A model generated the notes under the pieces. It searched no databases and was not told where the DNA came from. It saw nothing but the letters and a program-made list of their open reading frames with translations. Source: an uncultured virus (IMG/VR IMGVR_UViG_3300016649_000564) (Duplodnaviria > Heunggongvirae > Uroviricota > Caudoviricetes). From it: DNA of 64,000 nt. Location of the stretch: IMG/VR virus record IMGVR_UViG_3300016649_000564; one strand, written 5' to 3'. This document shows positions 57,011 through 64,000 of the stretch, in pieces (position 1 is the first letter of the stretch; each line of letters begins with the position of its first letter). The position numbers were made by a program, and so were the translations under genes.

Positions 57011-57484
57011 TTAGTCGGTACTGTCTGCAAGCCAATCCGGGGCTAACGGACGACTGGCGGCGGCCGGGAATAAATCGGATTCCGGCCAGTCGCGCAGATC
57101 CAGGCGATAGCGCTGCAATTGCTGATACTGCTCAGCGCTCAACGTGGTTTGGCGGTCAGCCTCAAGCTCGTCGCGGTGGCGCACAACCCAGTTGTCGGTC
57201 CCGCTCAATTGGCGATCACGCCACGCGCGCTCTTGTGCGGCAGCTTCTTCCACCGTAACTGTAGGTGTAATCCATGCCGGTCGCCCGCGCGCATCACTAC
57301 CACGGCGCATTCCGGGAGGTGGCGGCTGTTGACCATAAATCCGCCATTCCTCCTCATTCGATTCAATTGCATCCTTTGGCCAAGTCCCGGCAGCATCGTA
57401 GGCAGCGCGCTCAGCTTGAAAGACAAAGCCGCAGTCCTGGGCGCTGTAATAGATTTTCACGGCGGGTTGGGTCTCAGCGATCAT
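57011..57484 (-). CDS. Tail fibre assembly chaperone
   Basis: Homolog of 20207-20731. Confidence 0.82.
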   Translation of the reverse strand: MIAETQPAVKIYYSAQDCGFVFQAERAAYDAAGTWPKDAIESNEEEWRIYGQQPPPPGMRRGSDARGRPAWITPTVTVEEAAAQERAWRDRQLSGTDNWVVRHRDELEADRQTTLSAEQYQQLQRYRLDLRDWPESDLFPAAASRPLAPDWLADSTD

Positions 57485-57486
57485 AG

Positions 57487-59190
57487 TCAGTTCCCGATTG
57501 AAATAATGAGCGGCTTAACAAGCGACTGGTTGCCGGTACCAAACCACTGCGGAAAAACCTTAACGCCAAGGCGGTCCCAAAATTCCATTTGAAACATCTG
57601 GTCCGACAGGGTGTTACTGGTGGTGGACCGCGTAAAAACGCCAGCGAACAAGCATTGATTGGGGAACGGCACCGGATGGCTAATAGCGGGGTAAGCAACC
57701 GTTTCTGCTCCTGCTAACGGCCCTTCATACCATTGGATGTACAACACACCGCTGCTCGTCGGAATCATCAATCGACCATTAGCAGCCATGACCGCAGTAG
57801 CAGGGGTGAAGTTAGCTTCGGTCCAGACTTTTTTATCCCCCCAAATCAGATCGCCCAGCACCGACATTTTGAGGTAGCGCGCGAACTTTCCAGACCAATT
57901 GAAGAGGATGGACGGCGCCCACTTCGAATCAGTTTGGCTGACACCGACTTCGTTGATTTCCCTGATTTCAATTGCACCGCCTTTACCATCGGTGCCACCG
58001 TCCTCTCCAGCCGCGATTGTTCCCGCCAATACCGGGCGCTGACGACTCGTAGAACCAACGATTAGAGACGTTGCCTTGTCCGCTTTCAGCCCGAGGGCAT
58101 TGAGTACCGTCGTAGCAAAATTGGGATCGCCTCCTAAAGCATCCGACAGTTCCTTGAGTGTGTCTAAAGCGCCGGGGGCTGAATTCACTAAAGCCGCAAT
58201 GGCTGCCGCAATAGCAGCGTTTGCCTGATCCTTCGTGAAAGCATCGGCAATGCCGTAGCCCCCCAGTGTTGTCGACTTGTTCGCTTTTTGAGCGAGCGAA
58301 GCCGTTACATCAACTGTATTTGCCTTGGTCGAAGGGTCAAAGTTACCGGCGGTCCATACGTTGAATCCGCCCCACAGCAGATCCCCAACGCTGGACATGG
58401 CCAAGTCTTTGGCTCTCTGTCCCTGCCAATGGAAAAGCACACGCGGCGCATATGCAATATCAGTCTTGGCGTTGCCTACGCCCTGCGCTTCACGAATCTG
58501 AATCGCCCCACCATTACCACTCCCATCTGTGCCGCCTGGCAAGGGCGCAGCCAAGACCGGGACTTGCTGACTCACGACGCCGACGCGTAGGGCATCAGTA
58601 ATGCCGTAACCGGCAAGCGTAGTGGGGTTATATCCGGCCTGAACAATCCCGCGTCCGTCTATCGTGACCTGCCGATAGGTGCCCGGCGTTTTATTCGGCG
58701 GCAAAACTGAAATAATTGCGTCATCAACATATTGCCGAGTCGCCAACACCACTGACGGATCGATCTTCACCACGATATTCGCGGTGCTTGTGACGACGAA
58801 GTTCATGCGAATAACTTGAGTCTTGCCGGTACCCTGGGCCAGCAATGGCTTGAAGCTAGGCGCACAGTTGGCCACGGCCACCATATCGCCATCGGCGTCA
58901 TACAGTCCGATCTCTCTGATCCATTTCCCCCCAACGTCAGCAGGTATCACCTGCTCCGTGATGATGATGTTAGGGTTTGCAGGATCCGGCCGAACTTGAT
59001 TGACTGGGGCCCGACGCCACTCGTTGATCAGTTTAGTTTGAGTTCGGCTTGGGATAGCGTCCGTATTGTTTGCGTCGCCAACTCCCATTTGCGTAAACGT
59101 CCAAGGAACGCCGAGCGCGGTTGCGTTTGCCTGCTTCGCCTCTCCCACAGCCGTGAGAATTGCGAAAAACTGGCTATTTTGATCAATCAT
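57487..59190 (-). CDS. Tail fibre protein
   Basis: N- and C-termini shared with 20734-22695, different middle. Confidence 0.92.
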   Translation of the reverse strand: MIDQNSQFFAILTAVGEAKQANATALGVPWTFTQMGVGDANNTDAIPSRTQTKLINEWRRAPVNQVRPDPANPNIIITEQVIPADVGGKWIREIGLYDADGDMVAVANCAPSFKPLLAQGTGKTQVIRMNFVVTSTANIVVKIDPSVVLATRQYVDDAIISVLPPNKTPGTYRQVTIDGRGIVQAGYNPTTLAGYGITDALRVGVVSQQVPVLAAPLPGGTDGSGNGGAIQIREAQGVGNAKTDIAYAPRVLFHWQGQRAKDLAMSSVGDLLWGGFNVWTAGNFDPSTKANTVDVTASLAQKANKSTTLGGYGIADAFTKDQANAAIAAAIAALVNSAPGALDTLKELSDALGGDPNFATTVLNALGLKADKATSLIVGSTSRQRPVLAGTIAAGEDGGTDGKGGAIEIREINEVGVSQTDSKWAPSILFNWSGKFARYLKMSVLGDLIWGDKKVWTEANFTPATAVMAANGRLMIPTSSGVLYIQWYEGPLAGAETVAYPAISHPVPFPNQCLFAGVFTRSTTSNTLSDQMFQMEFWDRLGVKVFPQWFGTGNQSLVKPLIISIGN

Positions 59191-59792
59191 GGATACACGT
59201 CCAGGGTGTCTATTTCATCAATACACATGACCAGCCCAAAGGAACCGGTCACCTCGATATCACGGGTAGCAGGTGGGTAAACGTCGATCACTTCACCCTC
59301 ATCGATAAAAGCCCCGATATGGATATAGCCGGTGCTTTCCAGGCTGATGGCCAGGCCGGTCATATGACGGCTAACAGGCTTGGCGTCATCAATAAGGCGG
59401 GTCAGCTCCTGATACATTTCCTCGGTAATGCCGGTGTCCAACACACCGACCTTCAGCGCGAAAGTTCCCGGCACCCCGGCCGGAATCGTCTGCCACCACT
59501 CCATGACTTCGATCAGATACCCAAGCGGTTCAACCACACGGCGCAGCGCGCCAATGGTGCCTTTGTGCTTGTGGATGTAATACGCAGCCTTGATTGCGGC
59601 GCGCTTGGTTGCTTCGCTCCACCGATAGTCCCAACGGTCGACAGACCAGGCCCACGCCAGGTGCAGCAGCAAATGAGCCGGGCATGTGTCGGCGTTGTAG
59701 AGCGTCCGAAGCGGCACTACGGTTTTTTCAAAAAACGCCGCCTCCAGGGCACGTTCCAATTGCGTGCTGTTACTGGGAAGTAGGCTATTCAT
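59187..59792 (-). CDS. Tail protein I
   Basis: Homolog of 22692-23297. Confidence 0.93.
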   Translation of the reverse strand: MNSLLPSNSTQLERALEAAFFEKTVVPLRTLYNADTCPAHLLLHLAWAWSVDRWDYRWSEATKRAAIKAAYYIHKHKGTIGALRRVVEPLGYLIEVMEWWQTIPAGVPGTFALKVGVLDTGITEEMYQELTRLIDDAKPVSRHMTGLAISLESTGYIHIGAFIDEGEVIDVYPPATRDIEVTGSFGLVMCIDEIDTLDVYP

Positions 59793-59793
59793 A

Positions 59794-60675
59794 TCAGTCC
59801 GCCAACTTCACGCTATAACCGGTGCAATAAGCGGCTTGAGCCTTTGTAGGCGCCAAATCGACCCAGCCAGGCAGCTCAACCCGGGAAACACCAGCAACGT
59901 GCAACTGAGCGTCAATCGCAGAACGCGCCACCTCAACCCCCAACCGCCTACGCGGGTTGATCCAGGCCGCCAGCCGGCTTGTCGCTTCGGCCAGACTGGC
60001 ATCACCTTCTGGCCCTGCGCTGTTCATATGAAGGATGGCGTCAATCCGATAGGGGATAATTTGCGCGCCTTGCACTGTTACCCGATCACCGAGTGGTCGC
60101 ACATCTTCTTCATTGAGCGCGGCCGCTACCGTTGCCAGCAGCGCCGGCGTAGCCGTTCCGTCACCCTCTGTACTCAGCACCGTTACGGTAACGCAGGCCG
60201 GCGCGGGACTTTCCGCAGTAGCGTCCCTTACCAATCCAGAGGCATTGCGCGCGTGTAATTTGTAACTGTTACGAGGGCCGGCCGTGGTCAACCCCTCGTA
60301 GGACAGCTGTATGCGCTCGCGGAATGAGTCGTCGTCTTCAAGCACTTGCGGCACGGGCGGCACCGCCAGCAGATTCTCGGGCTGGACTACCAGACGTTTC
60401 AGATTAACGTTTGCGCCAAGCTGATCGAGGTCGCCACGTATGGCGTGAGCCAACAGTAGCGCCTTGCAAGCATCATTAACCCTGGCGCGGTTGCCTACCT
60501 TGTTATAGGCCCCGACCTCCAGAACTTTGGTAACCGGATCGCTTTCAAGGGCGGCCGTCCAGTTGTCGCCCATGTAGTCGCGAAACGCCGCCAAGCCCTC
60601 GCCGTAAACTTCTTCGAAGTCCAGCGGCTCAAGCACCTCCGGCGCAGGTAGGGCCGACAAGTCCACGATGCTCAT
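59794..60675 (-). CDS. Baseplate J protein
   Basis: Homolog of 23272-24174. Confidence 0.93.
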   Translation of the reverse strand: MSIVDLSALPAPEVLEPLDFEEVYGEGLAAFRDYMGDNWTAALESDPVTKVLEVGAYNKVGNRARVNDACKALLLAHAIRGDLDQLGANVNLKRLVVQPENLLAVPPVPQVLEDDDSFRERIQLSYEGLTTAGPRNSYKLHARNASGLVRDATAESPAPACVTVTVLSTEGDGTATPALLATVAAALNEEDVRPLGDRVTVQGAQIIPYRIDAILHMNSAGPEGDASLAEATSRLAAWINPRRRLGVEVARSAIDAQLHVAGVSRVELPGWVDLAPTKAQAAYCTGYSVKLAD

Positions 60676-60998
60676 ACGCTTACCTCCAAGACAAAGCTGT
60701 CACCCAGGTACTCACCGGCAACGCTTATGTTTATTTTCCCGTCCAGCAACGACAACGCCTTCACGCGCTCAAGCTTAAAACGCGGCTCATTACGCCCGAG
60801 GGCCCTGGCAGCCTCGGCCTGTACCGCGCTTTTCCAGCCAGCGTTGATAGGCAAGTCAACGAAAAGGCGTAGCTTGCTGCCATATTCCGGCCGCTGCCGG
60901 CGACTACCCAGCGGGGTACTCAAGATGTCTGCGATGGATTGCCGCAAGTGCTCGATGCCGGATATGGGCTGCCCGGTGTGGCGATCCATTCCGATCAT
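60672..60998 (-). CDS. Baseplate gpW/gp25 protein
   Basis: Homolog of 24171-24497. Confidence 0.93.
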   Translation of the reverse strand: MIGMDRHTGQPISGIEHLRQSIADILSTPLGSRRQRPEYGSKLRLFVDLPINAGWKSAVQAEAARALGRNEPRFKLERVKALSLLDGKINISVAGEYLGDSFVLEVSV

Positions 60999-61003
60999 CT
61001 GGT

Positions 61004-61225
61004 TTAGCCCTCCTGGGGAGCGTATTCGCTATGAGCCTTCAAGAAGGCGACCGCCTCTTTATCGGACGCGGGCACCACAACTAGGTGCTTGGCCACCGGG
61101 TAAGTACGATCAGTACCAGGCACAACCAGCGTACGCGACGTGTAGACCAGATCGCGGAATGTCAGCGACGCTTGCGCGTCCAGGGTTTGAGGTTCGATTA
61201 CGGACTTCTCGATGATCTTGGCCAT
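61004..61225 (-). CDS. Small phage hypothetical protein
   Basis: Homolog of 24503-24724. Confidence 0.75.
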   Translation of the reverse strand: MAKIIEKSVIEPQTLDAQASLTFRDLVYTSRTLVVPGTDRTYPVAKHLVVVPASDKEAVAFLKAHSEYAPQEG

Positions 61226-61278
61226 GGTTTCTCCGGGCACAAAAAAGCCCGCACGCAGCGGGCTTTAGATTGATAGGG

Positions 61279-61836
61279 TTAATGCTTATGGTTGGCGGTG
61301 TTGCCGAGCGTGTCCATGATCGCGCCGAGCCCTTTGATATTGCCCGTAACGAGCAACGGGCCATCGATTTTGACAGAGCCAATAAGCCCAATCTCACCCG
61401 CCGTTACGGTAACGGCGCTGTCTGTCACTACGGCTGAAGCACCACCGACCGATATGGACACAGTGCCGCTAGGAAGCGTGATGCTGTACGTCTTGGCCTT
61501 CCAGTCGTAAACCAGCGAACCGCCATCATCAAAACGCCATACCTCTACATGGTCTCGGTTATCCGGCTGCCCACCGGCATTACCGTACAGCCCGGGAATA
61601 AACGTGCCCATGCCCGCCTGGCCGCTTGGATTAAACAAAACCCCCTGCTCGCCCAGGCTTGGCGCACGCCAGTGCCGCGCCTTACCGGCCGCCAGGCTAT
61701 GCCAGCGCACCCAGGCGCTCGTCCATTCGCCATTACTGACACGCACCGCCGGCGCCGCCAGATCCACACCGACCACCACACAGGGCATCAGCATGGCGGC
61801 GATCATGCGGTCATGTTCCGCGCTCGCGTAGCTCAC
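61279..61836 (-). CDS. Baseplate spike protein V
   Basis: Homolog of 24778-25383 with a shorter C-terminal region. Confidence 0.92.
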   Translation of the reverse strand: MSYASAEHDRMIAAMLMPCVVVGVDLAAPAVRVSNGEWTSAWVRWHSLAAGKARHWRAPSLGEQGVLFNPSGQAGMGTFIPGLYGNAGGQPDNRDHVEVWRFDDGGSLVYDWKAKTYSITLPSGTVSISVGGASAVVTDSAVTVTAGEIGLIGSVKIDGPLLVTGNIKGLGAIMDTLGNTANHKH

Positions 61837-62345
61837 GGCAGTTCCTCGGGCGGGAAAAACTCACCTTTCGTGTCGTCGTTGAAACCGAACATAAGTGAGC
61901 CAGACGGCTCATCTGGCCAAGGCCAATCTAATTCACCGATTTCAAAAGGCTGAACCCACTGGACCGACCACATGACAAACTGTTCTAGTTCTTGCGTAGG
62001 AGCCTCTGGCTGCGCGTGGACTTGCTCCGGCGGGCCGGTGACAAAATCCACATCCCACCATTGATTCTTTAGCACCGTCATCAACTGGCCAGCCAAGATA
62101 GCGGCCTGGAGCGATGCCTTGGGCCGGTCTGCCTCAACCAGAATGCAGGATTGGAAACGACCAATGATCGCCGTCTTCCCCTCTCCCCGATCCTGGCCCG
62201 GAGCCATATCAGTGATCCCGTACAACAACGCCGGCGTCATAACCTCGGCGCCCAGCTCCGGGAACTGTTCAACATGCACAACCCGGGGCATCTGTTCGCT
62301 AATTATGCGAGTGATCGCATCATGTAATGTCGTCAGTTCGCTCAT
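61833..62345 (-). CDS. Putative tail completion protein
   Basis: Distant similarity to 25380-25898 (W.V.W.Q...G...WPWPDEP). Confidence 0.6.
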   Translation of the reverse strand: MSELTTLHDAITRIISEQMPRVVHVEQFPELGAEVMTPALLYGITDMAPGQDRGEGKTAIIGRFQSCILVEADRPKASLQAAILAGQLMTVLKNQWWDVDFVTGPPEQVHAQPEAPTQELEQFVMWSVQWVQPFEIGELDWPWPDEPSGSLMFGFNDDTKGEFFPPEELP

Positions 62346-62700
62346 TGGATACGCTCAACACCAGGTCGACCATGCCGGAACCATCGGGCTTCAGACGGAC
62401 AACCTTGTAACGGCCACCGCCCAACAGGGTCGGCAGCTCAATGGTTAAATGATCGCCCTTCTTAACGCCTTGCACGTCAACCACTCGCACAGTCAGGGTG
62501 GGCTCTAACACCTCATCGGCATTGATTGCCCCGCCCAGGCGTGCGGCTCCGGTTTTCCCACCGCCGATTTCGGCGCCGACAAAAGGGGAAGCAAACGCAC
62601 CGAAGACTCCACGACCATCTGCCAGCGTCGCCGGATCGCCCAGGCGTTCCACCGCCAGGGCGTCCATGCGATCAGCCAGGGCACGAAAGCCACCGGCCAT
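62320..62700 (-). CDS. Head-tail joining protein
   Basis: Distant similarity to 26544-26864 (LGD.A, GGG.Y, P.G.G.V.L.L). Confidence 0.65.
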   Translation of the reverse strand: MAGGFRALADRMDALAVERLGDPATLADGRGVFGAFASPFVGAEIGGGKTGAARLGGAINADEVLEPTLTVRVVDVQGVKKGDHLTIELPTLLGGGRYKVVRLKPDGSGMVDLVLSVSNERTDDIT

Positions 62701-63014
62701 TACTGGATCAACAGCGCTTCAGCGAAACCGCCAGAAGCGTCAGTGAGCAGCTTGCCGAACGGCACAGCGTCCGCAGTGCCATCAGCGACCAACACACCGG
62801 CCAACACGCTGACCTTGGCGCCCGCTTTAAGCGCACCGGTGACCGGCAGCACCCAGGATTCCCCCAGGCGGCCGGTAAAGGGCTGGCCTTTTACCGTGTC
62901 TTCCAACGGGATCACCACCAGAGCGTTGATCGCCACAGGTACGCCGGCTTTGGTGCCGCCAGTAGGGGAAACAAAGGTGCAGGACTGGCCGGCACCCGCA
63001 TAATTCTTAGACAT
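62700..63014 (-). CDS. DUF2190-like capsid cement/decoration protein
   Basis: MSKNY...G start, Gly-rich 104 aa protein right after the capsid gene. Confidence 0.7.
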   Translation of the reverse strand: MSKNYAGAGQSCTFVSPTGGTKAGVPVAINALVVIPLEDTVKGQPFTGRLGESWVLPVTGALKAGAKVSVLAGVLVADGTADAVPFGKLLTDASGGFAEALLIQ

Positions 63015-63080
63015 CGCTCAATTCTCCAGAACGCAAAAACAACAAACCCCGCACTAGGCGGGGTTATCAGGGACAGCGGT

Positions 63081-64000
63081 TTACTTGCCAGCGGCGCTGT
63101 AAAGGCCACGGTAGTCGGCAGGCGCTACGCCTGCGTCGATACGCACCTTGCTGGCCACGCCGTCGACGCTGAAGCCGTTTTGCTGCTCCACGTACGGGGT
63201 ATCAATGCCATTGAGGTAGGCCACTTCGATGGTGTCGCTACCCTGCTTAGCAGCCATGTACCAGGCCGTCGCCGACGCATCATCAAGACGCGGCTCACCG
63301 ATCACTTTGGCAAAGCCGCGGATCGGGTTGATGATGCCAGAGTTAGCATCAGCGCCAGGAACAGAGGCCGAGTTGATAATTTGGTTGGCCTTGTCTTCCA
63401 GGGCCACCGGGGTCAGCACGTAGGCTGGGCGAATGTTCAAGGTGCGAGGCTTGCCACCCTCAACCTGGGTTTTTTGCGAGGCCATTGCAGTTTTACCAGC
63501 GATCAAGCTGGCAATGGACAGCTCAGAGGCCGGACCGGCTGCGTTATTTTTGCGCGAAGCATCAAACAACGACTTACCGTCGCGCATCTTCGGCGGACTG
63601 GTCAGCACCGCGTAGACCAAATCGCCGATGGTCGCGCGCGCTGCCTGGCCCATCTTGTACGGCACGTCACTCAACAACGACAGATCGTCGTTGATGATCG
63701 CCTGACGGGTGATCGAAAACAGCTCGCCGTAGGTGGCCAGCGTGATCGGCTCGCCACGATCACTCAGGGTGATGTGCTTGTACTCTGCGCCCGGCCGCAC
63801 TTCGCGCAAGCTCGGGAACTCGCCAAGGCCGACCCGCGAAGACGTTTTGAAGTCGCTCAACTGGCCTTTTTTGGTCCAGAGCTGGAACGTCTCGGGGGCT
63901 TCTTCCCAGCCGGTCAAAACCGACTTTCCGGCAATATCCAACAGGATTTGCCCGAAGTCGCTGGAGCTGTGAGTGAAGGCCAGGCCGACCATCTGCATCG
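63081..64000 (-). CDS. Major capsid protein C-terminal part (type usually fused to a Clp protease); truncated by window
   Basis: SSDF..IL, TYG..FSITRQAIINDD, IEVAYLNG...P, D.G....DYRG. Confidence 0.85.
   Translation of the reverse strand, partial: MQMVGLAFTHSSSDFGQILLDIAGKSVLTGWEEAPETFQLWTKKGQLSDFKTSSRVGLGEFPSLREVRPGAEYKHITLSDRGEPITLATYGELFSITRQAIINDDLSLLSDVPYKMGQAARATIGDLVYAVLTSPPKMRDGKSLFDASRKNNAAGPASELSIASLIAGKTAMASQKTQVEGGKPRTLNIRPAYVLTPVALEDKANQIINSASVPGADANSGIINPIRGFAKVIGEPRLDDASATAWYMAAKQGSDTIEVAYLNGIDTPYVEQQNGFSVDGVASKVRIDAGVAPADYRGLYSAAGK

Larger units (their letters stand above)
45089..64000. mobile_element. Prophage 2 (partial; continues beyond window)
   Basis: att arm, SOS cargo, lysis, full tail module and capsid gene C-terminus. 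Confidence 0.92.

Noticed and set aside
48575..64000. Second tail cluster as an R-type tailocin
   Set aside because: Capsid, cement and head-tail joining genes and an att arm are present, so it is a prophage

Overview
Pseudomonas-type chromosomal integration hotspot downstream of a tRNA-Ser(TGA) locus. Part 1 (1-11.1 kb) is an AT-rich accessory island. It carries an alpha/beta-hydrolase lipoprotein, a SEC-C/PD-(D/E)XK protein, a pPIWI-associated-nuclease-like protein, a PIN-like+TM protein and a CHAT (caspase-like) protease. These genes are interspersed with short quasi-palindromic repeats and three copies (one decayed) of one small gene family. Part 2 (~11.2-45.1 kb) is an apparently complete temperate prophage: lambda-like head, P2-like contractile tail, GH19 lysin with Rz/Rz1, primase-helicase, cI/cro switch, an Abi-like moron and an integrase, ending at a 3' fragment of tRNA-Ser. 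Part 3 (45.1-64 kb) is the end of a second, tandem prophage with umuDC, a dead SRAP gene, two morons and a closely related tail module, but a different head module; it runs off the window. The most notable unexplained signal is a predicted ~265-nt RNA between cII and cro with three hairpins that each display a UGUGGUG loop, complementary to CACCACA sites in phage transcript leaders. Also notable are a +1 frameshift signature in both tail chaperones, a recurrent GTTACGCGTAAC palindrome, and an inverted-repeat-bounded two-nuclease cassette. All protein calls come from motif recognition by eye; no database search was run.
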